Shown here one piece after another: positions 1 through 9,035 of a DNA stretch of 34,797 bases. The notes under the pieces are model-generated. The model made no database searches and had not been told where the DNA came from. It was given only the letters and a program-made list of their open reading frames with translations. Both the position numbers and the translations under genes were made by a program. The number at the start of each line of letters is the position of its first letter. Position 1 is the first letter of the stretch. Source of the DNA: a virus (taxonomy: Duplodnaviria > Caudoviricetes); the IMG/VR virus record IMGVR_UViG_3300031953_000070, positions 1-34,797 of that record; one strand, given 5' to 3'.

Positions 1-45
1 TTGTACAGGGCTTGCCGCGTTTAGTGATTTTATCCCCTACCCCTT
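1..45 (-). other. Probable cos/packaging-site region
   Basis: The - strand reads AAAAGGGGTAGGGGATAAAATCACTA at the end of the packaging HNH gene. A G-rich run here is typical of the approach to cosN in HK97-like phages. Inference from position. Confidence 0.45.
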
Positions 46-372
46 TTTAATTTTATTTTTATGGGCTTCAGCGCCTGATTTTGGATTGTGGTGCGCATGA
101 CAAAGACTTTGCAGTTCTTCATCTGCATATGGGTCCAGCCCGCTGTCTAAGAGAAAGCCCAGACCTCTGATGTGATCGGTAACTTCTGGTGGACCTGTGA
201 CGCCTTCAGCATCGCACATGACGCAAGTGGGATTCTTTTGCTTGTGCAACCGAGCAACCTTCCGCCACCGTCTGGCATTGTAGAAGGAACTCAGGTCACG
301 CCTACGGCCAAATGGCACGCGCTCCACAATTGGTTTGTACGCTCTATTGATTTTCTTTGGCTTACTGGGCAT
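37..372 (-). CDS. Terminase-associated HNH endonuclease (HK97 gp74-like)
   Basis: FYNARRWRK...CVMC...DHI...LQSLCHAHHNPKS. The likely start is MPSKPKK at 372 (the ORF track extends to 468). Confidence 0.88.
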   Translation of the reverse strand: MPSKPKKINRAYKPIVERVPFGRRRDLSSFYNARRWRKVARLHKQKNPTCVMCDAEGVTGPPEVTDHIRGLGFLLDSGLDPYADEELQSLCHAHHNPKSGAEAHKNKIKKG

Positions 373-619
373 CTGCTTCTTTCTTTTGGTTGAGTATTTT
401 GGCGGCATGGAAGCGCCACGTCTTTTTGATTGCTGAGTTGATCCGGTGTGCGTAAACTGTTTTCTCATAGTTTCTTACCTTACCATTATCATCTACCTTG
501 ATACTAAATTTCCTGCCAATTGGCTCACTGCTCACATGCACACCATTGCGCTCACACACTGCGATTGCTTGATTTATATCTATATCATTTGGCTGTAAAG
601 TCATAACTATGGTCATCAA
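362..619 (-). CDS. Hypothetical phage protein
   Basis: 85-aa ORF overlapping both neighbours in the operon. Confidence 0.65.
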   Translation of the reverse strand: MMTIVMTLQPNDIDINQAIAVCERNGVHVSSEPIGRKFSIKVDDNGKVRNYEKTVYAHRINSAIKKTWRFHAAKILNQKKEADAQ

Positions 620-1419
620 TACGGTGCGTCAGTTTTATTATCTATATCGTAATATTCATCCTCAAGCACTTCAGGCAAACCATTAGCGTTTATCTTGATA
701 TTGAAAGGCTCTACGGTTTTCCCTCGCCCAAAGGTTTCTTCCACAAGGCTCACATCATTGGCATGCTCATTTTTTGTAACCTTGAAAGCTGCCTCACATT
801 TGTTTTCCAACTCAGTACCCAGATGGCCGCGCATGTTACCATCGCTCTTATTTCCGTGCAGAACCGTTGTAATGTGTATGTCATAATCCACCGTCCACTG
901 CATTAGTTTTGCAATCATATTTGAAGATTCAACAGCATCGTTAAAATCTGCCACGAGGTCCCGTATTCCATCAATAACCAGTAGATCAATGTCACCACCA
1001 TGCTTCAGTAATAACCCCTCTATTTTTTCAATTCGTGTCTTGTAGCCGTAACGCCTAAGGCCGTAGAACATCATATTTTCATCACTGCCACACATACTTT
1101 TAATTCTTTTTGTAACCATCTGAGCATCGTACGGTGACTGCTCCGTATCTATCCACGCGACATTCTTCGTAACCATTGGCTGAAACTTATGGTGTATGCT
1201 TTCACGCTTTACCAGACCGGCCATCATAAGCGTGAGCGCAAATGTTTTCTTTGACTTTGCGATCCCCGACCAGCTGCTTATGTTACCACGGCTCATCTTG
1301 CCCACACCATCTATAAGCAGCACAAATGGCGGCTTGCCTATGTCATCACTGGCGCGTATACGATCGCATTCTATATCTACCGTGCTGCTTAGCGGCTTTT
1401 CTAACTCTAAGAGATCCAT
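616..1419 (-). CDS. RecA-like AAA_25-family ATPase / putative replicative helicase
   Basis: Walker A-like GIAKSKKT, WIDTEQS, Walker B LLVIDG, VLH..K...MRGHLGTELENK. Confidence 0.85.
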   Translation of the reverse strand: MDLLELEKPLSSTVDIECDRIRASDDIGKPPFVLLIDGVGKMSRGNISSWSGIAKSKKTFALTLMMAGLVKRESIHHKFQPMVTKNVAWIDTEQSPYDAQMVTKRIKSMCGSDENMMFYGLRRYGYKTRIEKIEGLLLKHGGDIDLLVIDGIRDLVADFNDAVESSNMIAKLMQWTVDYDIHITTVLHGNKSDGNMRGHLGTELENKCEAAFKVTKNEHANDVSLVEETFGRGKTVEPFNIKINANGLPEVLEDEYYDIDNKTDAPY

Positions 1420-1919
1420 GCGCTAATTTTTTTATTCCAGACTTCACAGAGTCCGTACAATTCCATTTTGTAATGCTCTTGCGCTTCGCCCAGCATGAAG
1501 GAAAGCTTCTCATTCTTGGTGAGATCCTGCGCCTTTTCATCTTCGGTCAGACCTTTGTGCGCAATGAGCGTATCAATGGCAAGCATTTTTGCTACATCAT
1601 CGACTATCACTTCACGACCTTGCTCAATGTTTTCTGCGATCTCTTTAGCAATTAATTCTTTGAACGTGATATTGTCAATAAACCCATCTTCTGGGCGATT
1701 ATGCATGTAGAGATATTTTAAGCGGTGCAGTGCCAGGGCATCAATGAGCATAGTGTTTACGTCATGCTTAACCAACTTTTCAGCGGCATTAATGAGCTTG
1801 ATAAAGGCATTAATACGCATTATTTGCTGTTTTTTTCTAGCTTCATTTTTAAAGAATGGCATCGCTTCTTTCATTTCGTTGACCGCGATCTTAGCATCTT
1901 CTATCTCCTGGTAGTGCAT
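1407..1919 (-). CDS. Hypothetical protein (replication module)
   Basis: 170-aa helical ORF between the initiator and the ATPase. Confidence 0.7.
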   Translation of the reverse strand: MHYQEIEDAKIAVNEMKEAMPFFKNEARKKQQIMRINAFIKLINAAEKLVKHDVNTMLIDALALHRLKYLYMHNRPEDGFIDNITFKELIAKEIAENIEQGREVIVDDVAKMLAIDTLIAHKGLTEDEKAQDLTKNEKLSFMLGEAQEHYKMELYGLCEVWNKKISAWIS

Positions 1920-1922
1920 AGC

Positions 1923-2843
1923 TTAAAATTTTACGTTCAACAATCGGTTTAAATTATCATCCTTGAGCAGGTGAATGGGCGTTGCAAACTCATAGTTCCC
2001 TTTCCGGTGGAAGGTATTTTTTGTATGCCACATGTTGCGCGTGGCAGCTTCCATCTGGGCTCCGGTAAATCCGTTTGCGATTTGTTTGGCAAGTAGTGTT
2101 TTTATTTCAGCCGTTGGTTTGAATTCACGATTTGAAACGCGGTTGAACATTGCCGTAAACCATTCCAGATATTCGTCAATACTTTTGTCCAATTCCTTTA
2201 AATCGATTCTTCTGAGCCAGTTTAAAAAATGTGCTTTTAAATCACTTTCAGAATACTCTTTTCCAACGCCCGCAGCTTGCAAAATAAATTCCGGTATTTT
2301 TTTGATGATTACCGCTTTGGAAACTGAATTTTGCATGGCCCCAGCTTCGATGGTTAACTCTGAATTTTTAAGTATTTTAATAGCTAAATCCAAATCACTT
2401 TTTTTGCCCAAAGTAATAGAAGTATATATATGTTGTTTATTATCTGTTATGGTTGAACCGTTTGGGTCAGGGTCTTGAACCGTTTGGGTCAACCCATTTG
2501 CCATAATGGACTTCTCTCTACTAACAACGCCTAACAGATTTTCTACTCCATTAGTGGTTGTGAACCATAAAGTGCTGTCATAATTTTTTTCGGAGAAGTT
2601 TCCGACCTCAATTGCACCTAATTTTTCACAGTTTTTAACTATTCTTTGAATCTGTCTTTGGCTCCAAAAAGTGAATATTTTATCAAAGGCTTTTCTTGAG
2701 TTATACGTCCAGTATTTACCCTCATGAAAATGCATATTATTGGCCGCATTTTTATGCACCCAAAAGTGTATATTTTGGATAAAAACGGCATTTTCAACAC
2801 CCCCAAATTGATCTGCTATAGCTGAATCGAAAACGTAGGTCAT
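1923..2843 (-). CDS. Putative phage replication initiator (N-terminal winged helix)
   Basis: N-terminus YVFDSAIA...FWVHKN...GKYWTYNS...FWSQRQIQRI resembles phage replisome organisers. It carries internal iteron-like repeats and lies upstream of the helicase. Confidence 0.7.
   Translation of the reverse strand: MTYVFDSAIADQFGGVENAVFIQNIHFWVHKNAANNMHFHEGKYWTYNSRKAFDKIFTFWSQRQIQRIVKNCEKLGAIEVGNFSEKNYDSTLWFTTTNGVENLLGVVSREKSIMANGLTQTVQDPDPNGSTITDNKQHIYTSITLGKKSDLDLAIKILKNSELTIEAGAMQNSVSKAVIIKKIPEFILQAAGVGKEYSESDLKAHFLNWLRRIDLKELDKSIDEYLEWFTAMFNRVSNREFKPTAEIKTLLAKQIANGFTGAQMEAATRNMWHTKNTFHRKGNYEFATPIHLLKDDNLNRLLNVKF
2453..2491. repeat. Iteron-like direct repeats (putative origin)
   Basis: TTGAACCGTTTGGGTCA at 2453-2469 and 2475-2491 (22-bp period), next to an AT-rich stretch at about 2360-2450. 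Confidence 0.7.
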
Positions 2844-2847
2844 TAAC

Positions 2848-3168
2848 TTATTTTTTTAAATATTTGATCATTGAAGGCGCAATTCTATAACATAGGGTCA
2901 TATCCATTTTATCAGAATTCCGGTTTTCCTTAAGCACATAATTGCTATCGGTACAGCTTTTAATAATTGTACGAATGGTCTTTTTAGACCAAAAAGGGAA
3001 ATACTCCAAAAATTCATCTTGAGTGATCCGCAGCCATTCTGACCTTTGATCAGAATGGTAAATACGATTACTCTCAAAGGCTATTATATCGTTCAGAACC
3101 TGCATAAAAACAGCTTCTTTAAGACCAATAACCGTAGCCAGTTCGGGATTAAAGTGTATTTCTTTCAT
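2848..3168 (-). CDS. Stand-alone paralogue of the initiator N-terminal domain
   Basis: IHFNPELA..IGLKEAVFMQ...W...FPFWSKKTIRTIIKSC...N...MDMTLCY aligns by eye with the N-terminus of 1923..2843. Confidence 0.7.
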   Translation of the reverse strand: MKEIHFNPELATVIGLKEAVFMQVLNDIIAFESNRIYHSDQRSEWLRITQDEFLEYFPFWSKKTIRTIIKSCTDSNYVLKENRNSDKMDMTLCYRIAPSMIKYLKK

Positions 3169-3171
3169 ATC

Positions 3172-3465
3172 CTAAAATGGTAAATCATCCGTATCTTCTT
3201 CACTCGCTTCGGCCATACCTTTATTTTCCCAAATCCTACCATTCCCTAGAAAAACCCGGTCGATCTTCTCACCAGCTTTTATACGTTCTATTTCGTCTTT
3301 TGAACGGCTGATGCTTAGCGAAAAATCATTATCAAAACGGTCTGGCTCATCATAATCCCAGGTTGATAGACTTAGGTACAATTTCCCATTCTCGTGTTTT
3401 AATATTCGATCCTTTGGTATATCGGATAAGCATATACTCACTGTTCTACTTTTACCTTGTTTCAT
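3172..3465 (-). CDS. Putative single-stranded DNA-binding protein
   Basis: 97 aa, beta-rich, with an acidic C-terminal tail ending DTDDLPF. Confidence 0.65.
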   Translation of the reverse strand: MKQGKSRTVSICLSDIPKDRILKHENGKLYLSLSTWDYDEPDRFDNDFSLSISRSKDEIERIKAGEKIDRVFLGNGRIWENKGMAEASEEDTDDLPF

Positions 3466-3477
3466 CGTTTTATATTT

Positions 3478-3588
3478 TTAATTATGTCCATAGAAATACG
3501 TCATTCCCATAAACATCAGGGTAAGACCCAGCACTATCGCTACTTTAAATTGTGATTCATATTTTTCTAAAAAGTCAATAAATTTCAT
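3478..3588 (-). CDS. Small membrane peptide (36 aa)
   Basis: MKFIDFLEKYESQFKVAIVLGLTLMFMGMTYFYGHN; fills the operon gap; not in the ORF track. Confidence 0.5.
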   Translation of the reverse strand: MKFIDFLEKYESQFKVAIVLGLTLMFMGMTYFYGHN

Positions 3589-3592
3589 ATCA

Positions 3593-3928
3593 CTATGTTT
3601 TGATTCCATAATCTCTGTAAGCGCCTTCCAACTCCTTATGCATCTTTATCGCTTGATCTGGAATAGTCTTTAATTCCGCATCCAGAAGGATATTTACCGA
3701 AAACTCCTCAAGTTGATTCAGCATATAACCCTCATAGATCTGGAAGAAAACAGCCAACTGCTTATCGGTAAAATCAAAGCACTTACGCACCGCATAAATG
3801 GCCATGATCTTGTAGCCGCTGTTCTCGTATTTAAAGAGTTCAGCCACATCCTTTTCCATCATTCCCGCAACTACTACGAGAAATCTACGCATCTTGTTAA
3901 GGTCTTTGTGTTTCCAAATCAGCATCAT
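3593..3928 (-). CDS. Hypothetical protein
   Basis: 111-aa ORF in the early operon. Confidence 0.65.
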   Translation of the reverse strand: MMLIWKHKDLNKMRRFLVVVAGMMEKDVAELFKYENSGYKIMAIYAVRKCFDFTDKQLAVFFQIYEGYMLNQLEEFSVNILLDAELKTIPDQAIKMHKELEGAYRDYGIKT

Positions 3929-4071
3929 TTTATCGTTTTACAGGTTGTACATTTATCGCCAAAGCTTTCCGCTTCAAGGTTGCATTTATCGGCTCCCAAA
4001 CACGTTTTTCCTGTTTTCAGAATCTTGTGCAACGGCTTATAGCTTCGGGTAATCTTACAATTCAGTCCCAT
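3925..4071 (-). CDS. Small Cys-rich hypothetical protein (48 aa)
   Basis: MGLNCKITRSY...CLGADKC...CTTCKTIK; overlaps both neighbours. Confidence 0.45.
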   Translation of the reverse strand: MGLNCKITRSYKPLHKILKTGKTCLGADKCNLEAESFGDKCTTCKTIK

Positions 4072-4397
4072 GGTATAGATCTTATACGGGCAACACGCTC
4101 TACGCCCGCCCTGATTACTTTTGTTATTGTACTTTTTTCACCATAGGGCGCTTCAAACATTTCTTGAGGGCCACAATGTTGCCTTACGAGTTGGCGCACA
4201 CGTGCCACATCTATTTTGCCCCACAGTTCACCGTCTGCGATCTGCTTACAGGTTAGTGAGCGGTTACGAAGCACTTTGCGTCTATAGGCGCTAAGATCAT
4301 CCCGACGTACATCGCGCACCATTGAACGGTGTACGATCACAAGATTTTCAGCCTTAAGGCGGTCCATAAAATCATCAAGTAGCTGCGCGTTGCTCAT
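4062..4397 (-). CDS. Hypothetical protein, possibly DNA-binding/excisionase-like
   Basis: Basic 111-aa ORF with an HTH-like segment LTCKQIADGELWGKIDVARVRQLV. Confidence 0.55.
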   Translation of the reverse strand: MSNAQLLDDFMDRLKAENLVIVHRSMVRDVRRDDLSAYRRKVLRNRSLTCKQIADGELWGKIDVARVRQLVRQHCGPQEMFEAPYGEKSTITKVIRAGVERVARIRSIPWD

Positions 4398-4400
4398 AGC

Positions 4401-4505
4401 TTATTTATTTATCCATTGCATTACATAAACCAGAAACACCCATGCGATAACCATACAGACACCCAGCGCCATCATAAACATCACGAAAAGGAATATCTTT
4501 GCCAT
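4401..4505 (-). CDS. Small membrane peptide (34 aa)
   Basis: MAKIFLFVMFMMALGVCMVIAWVFLVYVMQWINK; start overlaps the upstream stop codon. Confidence 0.5.
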   Translation of the reverse strand: MAKIFLFVMFMMALGVCMVIAWVFLVYVMQWINK

Positions 4506-4828
4506 CATTTTTTGATTTTTAGATCATGATCAGCATTACCATGAGCGTGCGCAGTGGTAGTAGGTCCCAACTGCACACCGTCCTCATAGCTGTGGCCTTC
4601 TTTGCATTCTTTCATGCATTCATCCCAGAATATCTCAACTTCTTCCCAACTGTACCCAACTTCATGTAGGGTATTGTTTATTGAAAAAACGGTAGCGCGT
4701 ATATCGCTTAAAGGGTCATTTGCCATAGGTTCTTCATTTAATTGATGCCAGTTAATTGCCGCAATCTGATCGTTTATATATCTATTTGTGGCGATATCGC
4801 GGCCGCTATCTTTAAAGTATGCGTTCAT
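4505..4828 (-). CDS. Hypothetical protein
   Basis: 107-aa ORF with ATGA coupling to the upstream gene. Confidence 0.6.
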   Translation of the reverse strand: MNAYFKDSGRDIATNRYINDQIAAINWHQLNEEPMANDPLSDIRATVFSINNTLHEVGYSWEEVEIFWDECMKECKEGHSYEDGVQLGPTTTAHAHGNADHDLKIKK

Positions 4829-5151
4829 AAATCAGATGATTTCTCTTCGAGAAACCAGTAAGATTCATCGGCTTCCTCGCTTATTTTCTCACAATTCGAC
4901 ATTGCTCCCTGTATAAGGGCCTTCAGTGCAACCCGATTAGATTTTGTGATCCTATTGGTCTGCGTGATAATATTTTCAACCGTTTTAAAGTTTACTCCGG
5001 TTTTTTCTGAAACTTCACGGCGTATATCAGTGGTAGCATATTTCAGCAGCACTTTAGCCAGTTCGTCCTCTAAAAAACACCCAGGGGACACGCCCTTAAC
5101 AACTTTCATTTTTTTACGTCCAGCCATGTTCTTTTTCTTTTTTGCGACCAC
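4825..5151 (-). CDS. XRE/Cro-like HTH protein
   Basis: RREVSEKTGVNFKTVENII HTH motif; the true start may be a downstream Met. Confidence 0.6.
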   Translation of the reverse strand: MVAKKKKNMAGRKKMKVVKGVSPGCFLEDELAKVLLKYATTDIRREVSEKTGVNFKTVENIITQTNRITKSNRVALKALIQGAMSNCEKISEEADESYWFLEEKSSDL

Positions 5152-5464
5152 CTTTGGTACGCGTTATTTTCACTCTTGAAACTGGCGCTCTCCGAAGTTG
5201 CATTTTTGGAAGGTCAGCAATGATGGAAGCCTGTATGAGAAGGAAAAATGCGGCCAGAAAATACTTTTTAGGATCGTCAAGGCTCAGGATAAATGCACGG
5301 GCAACATCTACAGCACCACGCGCCTTTAATTTCTTTCTGATAGTATAGGCGTGATTGTGAACGGTCGCAACACTAAGGCACAGTTTATCAGCGATTTCCT
5401 TCTCACTGTGGCCCCATGCAATCTGTTCCGCCACCCTTAACTCCGCTTTACTTAGTACTTTCAT
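5114..5464 (-). CDS. LuxR/GerE-type HTH regulator, first gene of the early lytic operon
   Basis: LSKAELRVAEQIAWGHSEKEIADKLCLSVATVHNHAYTIRKKL, followed by a hydrophobic segment. Confidence 0.85.
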   Translation of the reverse strand: MKVLSKAELRVAEQIAWGHSEKEIADKLCLSVATVHNHAYTIRKKLKARGAVDVARAFILSLDDPKKYFLAAFFLLIQASIIADLPKMQLRRAPVSRVKITRTKGGRKKEKEHGWT

Positions 5465-5530
5465 ATCAAAAATGGATTGATTAGTTTTTTGTCACTGTTT
5501 GAAAGCTTTTATTTTGTTACTTTGTTAGGT

Positions 5531-5560
5531 CAAAGATATATATTATAAATGTATTTTCAA
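5531..5560 (-). promoter_or_regulatory. Bacteroidota sigma70 promoter for the early lytic operon
   Basis: -7 box TATCTTTG (5531-5538, - strand) and -33 TTG (5558-5560), 19-nt spacer. Confidence 0.7.
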
Positions 5561-5569
5561 TGTATTTTC
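5548..5569. promoter_or_regulatory. Tandem 11-bp repeat, candidate repressor operator
   Basis: AATGTATTTTC x2 overlapping the -33 element between the divergent regulators. Confidence 0.5.
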
Positions 5570-5605
5570 AATTGAAATTAATATATTTTATATAAATAAC
5601 TGATT

Positions 5606-6082
5606 ATGAGCAAGAAAGAAATTGAAAAAAGGTTGAGAAATATACTTGAGATCATTAACGACAATGAAATCACTGCGTATGAGATAGCCGAAGGCACTGG
5701 CTTAAATCACAGCGGCATACACAGAATTCTTACAGGAGAGACAAAGCACCCCCGCTCAAGAACAATTGAGAAAATATTTGATTTTGTAGAAGATAAAATA
5801 ACAGGGAGGAAAATTAAGGACCATCCCAATTATGTAAAGCCAGTAAGAACTGAAGAAAGCACGACTAAGGAAAATGAATTATTAACAGCTTTTAACGATC
5901 TCAAAGAGATTATCGAGGAGCGCGATCAGGCATTTTCAACCACGCTGCAATTGACAATAATAAATACAGAGGAAACCAAGATAATGGCTAATATATCAGC
6001 AAAAAAGTTAGAAAGCATTGAAGAATCACTTAGAAGACTTGAAAACACCATTGCGAACCTTGCTAAGAACAGATCTTCTTAA
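5606..6082 (+). CDS. CI-like XRE repressor without a recognisable S24 peptidase domain
   Basis: ITAYEIAEGTGLNHSGIHRILTGETKHPR HTH, divergent from the early operon, with a coiled-coil C-terminus. Confidence 0.8.
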   Translation: MSKKEIEKRLRNILEIINDNEITAYEIAEGTGLNHSGIHRILTGETKHPRSRTIEKIFDFVEDKITGRKIKDHPNYVKPVRTEESTTKENELLTAFNDLKEIIEERDQAFSTTLQLTIINTEETKIMANISAKKLESIEESLRRLENTIANLAKNRSS

Positions 6083-6244
6083 CTCCTTTAGTATCAGTAA
6101 TTTTTCAGTATCATTGTAAACATCCAGTAGCTCAAGCTGATCAATCAATCGTTGTATATCTTTTTTCAAAATTGGGGTTTATCGTTAAAAGTTAAATATA
6201 TAACGACAAAATACACTAAAGAGTTTCATTCAACTAGTTAAACT

Positions 6245-6715
6245 ATGAGAAAATTATCACTATTACTTTTATCTTTTTGCTTTATTGCCTGCGGAAGCTT
6301 CAAAGCTACACCTGTCATCATTGCGCCAGTCTCACAAGATGTCGTTTTAACACAGGGAAAAGACCAACTGTACATCAAAGCAAACACATGGATGGTTGAA
6401 AATTTTACCAGCGCAAAAAGCGTCCAGCAGTTCTCAGATAAAGAAGCGGGAATTGTCACAGGGAAATACCTATTAAAATCAGGTGGTCAATATTCACAAT
6501 ATGGCGATACTACTTATGAAATTTTTGCGATTATTAAAATACAGGTTAAAAATAACGCTGCCAGAATAACAATTTCTCCGGAAGAATATCAATCACTAAC
6601 ATCTGCATTCGTAAATGATGATCTGGCATACACCGAAGAAAAAGCACGGGCAGATATTAATACTTTAATATCTGGCTTCTCTAACTATATGACAAATCAT
6701 AAAGACACTTTCTAA
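6245..6715 (+). CDS. Lipoprotein, DUF4468-like; candidate lysogenic conversion/superinfection exclusion
   Basis: Lipobox FIAC; KDQLYIKANTWMVENFTSAKSVQQFSDKEAGIVTGK; co-oriented with the repressor. Confidence 0.65.
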   Translation: MRKLSLLLLSFCFIACGSFKATPVIIAPVSQDVVLTQGKDQLYIKANTWMVENFTSAKSVQQFSDKEAGIVTGKYLLKSGGQYSQYGDTTYEIFAIIKIQVKNNAARITISPEEYQSLTSAFVNDDLAYTEEKARADINTLISGFSNYMTNHKDTF

Positions 6716-7905
6716 TCATCCAGATTAATAATCAATTTCTGCGCTGCATCCCGCTCTTTTTCGCTAAACTTATCCGCATAGGCAGTATCAACATCATCGC
6801 GCTCATGCCCCATAAGTTCACGTATCATATCCACCTCAATATGCAAAAATTTTGCGCGGGTACGAAAACTGTGACGCATCACTTTACTGGTCAGGTTCGC
6901 GTCTATGGGACTGAGGGCAATGCCATGTTTTTGCTGCACTTTTATAAGCCATTTATTATGCTGACCACGCCAGGTAATATAAGATTTATGCGGTTTTTTC
7001 CAAGGGAAAACATATTCCCCCTCAGATGCCATATACTTTTCCAAAATTTTTCGCGCCGGTTCAAATACGCGTACATCAAATTCTATTTTTAGTTTTCCCA
7101 ATTTTCCGCGCTGGAACATTACGCGGTTACCGTACAATTGTTTTCTTTTCAGATAATACAGATCAAAGAGATCAACACCCCCCAGGTAAAACTGCAGCAG
7201 GGTAAGATCTACCACCATGGTACGCCTGGGCGATAACCCCGTGAGCGCTTGCAATTGCTTTATACCTTCTGGGTCAAGATAGCGGTTCTTTTTGCGTCTG
7301 CGCCGGGTAGGCAGATCGCGCGTAGCATTCTCAAACGGCGTTTTATCCTTTATCAGCATATCGGGATCCCGTACCGCCTTGTTATATACCGCCCTGAGAC
7401 AGCCTACATACTCTTTTACGGTTTTATTCGTGCAGCCATCAAGCTTGTACATTTTAAAGCGCTCAATAAAATCTGGCGTGATATCATCAAAGAAAAGCTC
7501 GTGACTGAAGTATTTAAACTGCTGCATCACACCCTCATAAAAAAGCGCGTTGCCATCCCTACCAGATGCCCGCATCCTTTTGGTTAAAACATCACAATAG
7601 CCATACACACTATTATTAGCGCCACCACCTTCGGTATTCTGCAAAAAGTCAAGCGCCTGATCCAGCCGCTCAATTCTTTTAAACTTTGACGTAACCGCCA
7701 CCGCCCGCATACTCAATATCATTTCAGAAAGCTGCTCAAATCTAGGATGCGCAGGGCGCGGCAATTGGGTAGCTTCGTTCCAGTGTTCCAGAATAGAATT
7801 ACCAATAGTTTTCCGTTTGCGCTTGCCATTATAAAGCACAAGTTTTACGGGAAAACCCTTTTTTGATTCCCCATCTGTAGTATATAATTGTATGGTAGCT
7901 TCCAT
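6712..7905 (-). CDS. int: Phage tyrosine integrase (Bacteroidota type)
   Basis: SAM-like domain plus catalytic region KVMRHSF...MGH...Y. The first catalytic Arg is replaced by D (GVDLFDL), as in many Bacteroidota integrases. Likely ATG at 7905; adjacent to attP. Confidence 0.9.
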   Translation of the reverse strand: MEATIQLYTTDGESKKGFPVKLVLYNGKRKRKTIGNSILEHWNEATQLPRPAHPRFEQLSEMILSMRAVAVTSKFKRIERLDQALDFLQNTEGGGANNSVYGYCDVLTKRMRASGRDGNALFYEGVMQQFKYFSHELFFDDITPDFIERFKMYKLDGCTNKTVKEYVGCLRAVYNKAVRDPDMLIKDKTPFENATRDLPTRRRRKKNRYLDPEGIKQLQALTGLSPRRTMVVDLTLLQFYLGGVDLFDLYYLKRKQLYGNRVMFQRGKLGKLKIEFDVRVFEPARKILEKYMASEGEYVFPWKKPHKSYITWRGQHNKWLIKVQQKHGIALSPIDANLTSKVMRHSFRTRAKFLHIEVDMIRELMGHERDDVDTAYADKFSEKERDAAQKLIINLDD

Positions 7906-7992
7906 TTTATCGTACAAAACACGTACAAAATGTACGTAAAATTAACGTAAATATAGACATTTATCACAAATGCGCAAGTCACGACAAAGCAC

Positions 7993-8023
7993 AAAAAAGC
8001 CCGAAAACAGGCGTTTACGGGCT
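7993..8023 (-). terminator. Rho-independent terminator downstream of the att tRNA fragment
   Basis: - strand AGCCCG-TAAACGCCTGTTTT-CGGGCT-TTTTT. Confidence 0.7.
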
Positions 8024-8043
8024 AAAATATGTGGTTTTCTTAC

Positions 8044-8068
8044 TGTGAACCATATTGGATTCGAACCA
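8044..8068 (-). other. att core: 3' portion of a host tRNA (T-loop plus acceptor strand), possibly Lys or Arg
   Basis: - strand TGGTTCGAATCCAATATGGTTCACA; no 5' half present. Confidence 0.8.
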
Positions 8069-8152
8069 GTATTTTTAAAAACACAAACTATTAGTTATCA
8101 ATAACTTAAACACATTAAACTAATTTATCGTACAAATATCGTACAAATAAAC

Positions 8153-8389
8153 CTATTTTTTACTGTTTTTCAGCGTCTCACTATAAAATTCTTCACGAAT
8201 CTTCCCGGGCTTCCACTTAGCAATATATTCAAACGATTTCAGATCCTCATTGTTCAGCGTAAACTCAAAGCCGCCCCAGATCGCTAGGGATTCGCGCTGC
8301 GTTGATTCCGCATCCAGCCCTATGATTTGTACGTTGTACGTGCCCAATTGATCAGGCGTGTTATCTTCAAGGTCTATCCAGTTATCCAT
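8153..8389 (-). CDS. Hypothetical protein
   Basis: 78-aa ORF between the lysis cassette and attP. Confidence 0.6.
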   Translation of the reverse strand: MDNWIDLEDNTPDQLGTYNVQIIGLDAESTQRESLAIWGGFEFTLNNEDLKSFEYIAKWKPGKIREEFYSETLKNSKK

Positions 8390-8432
8390 GTAAATTCAGA
8401 TTTGAATAATAAATTTACATCAATAAAATGAA

Positions 8433-9035
8433 TTACCGCCTTATCCTAAACACAGAAACATCATACCCCACAATCCCATAATCCTGCCCATTAATGCGGG
8501 AATAGCCAAAACGTAGTATATTTCCTCGTTTATTCTGAAATCCCAGATTTCCACCAAAATTGACCAAATCAAGCGGATAACTGGCGCGCACTTCTCCACC
8601 TATAAGCATTCTGAATACGGTGGTTTTTTGGGTAAAAGTCCGCGGCTTGATCGTGTATGACGGTTTAAATTCTTTGATTTCACCCTGCACAGATCCTTCC
8701 AAGGTAATGGCTACGTTTTCATCTTCAAAGGTGTTCTTGAATTGCCGGATCTGGATCGCATTCAGATAAAGTTTGTATTTTTCCAGACTATCCTTTGCCG
8801 CTTTGTAATTCTCTGCCAACTCCTTATTTACAGGGTTTTTGGTGTAGACAATAGAATCCTTCCACTTTGTTTCCGTCACTGCTTCAGGCGTGATATAAAT
8901 AGGCTCCTGGGTGGGCAGTACGTTTGTGATTTCGGGAATGGTCCCCGTTTCGCTTTCGCAGTTCCTGAACTGAAATATCAGCAGAATTAAAACTCCGATA
9001 ACCGCACCCATCAGTATTTTTTGACTTGTTTTCAT
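8433..9035 (-). CDS. Putative spanin-like lysis protein
   Basis: N-terminal TM segment, central helical region and C-terminal amphipathic beta strands; directly follows the endolysin. Confidence 0.5.
   Translation of the reverse strand: MKTSQKILMGAVIGVLILLIFQFRNCESETGTIPEITNVLPTQEPIYITPEAVTETKWKDSIVYTKNPVNKELAENYKAAKDSLEKYKLYLNAIQIRQFKNTFEDENVAITLEGSVQGEIKEFKPSYTIKPRTFTQKTTVFRMLIGGEVRASYPLDLVNFGGNLGFQNKRGNILRFGYSRINGQDYGIVGYDVSVFRIRR

Larger units (their letters stand above)
7908..8147. other. attP site
   Basis: Arm-type repeats TATCGTACAAA/ACACGTACAAA (7908-7929) and TATCGTACAAA x2 (8126-8147) flank a tRNA 3'-end core. Confidence 0.85.

Noticed and set aside
8044-8071. Complete tRNA gene
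   Set aside because: Only the T-arm and 3' acceptor strand are present; interpreted as the att core.
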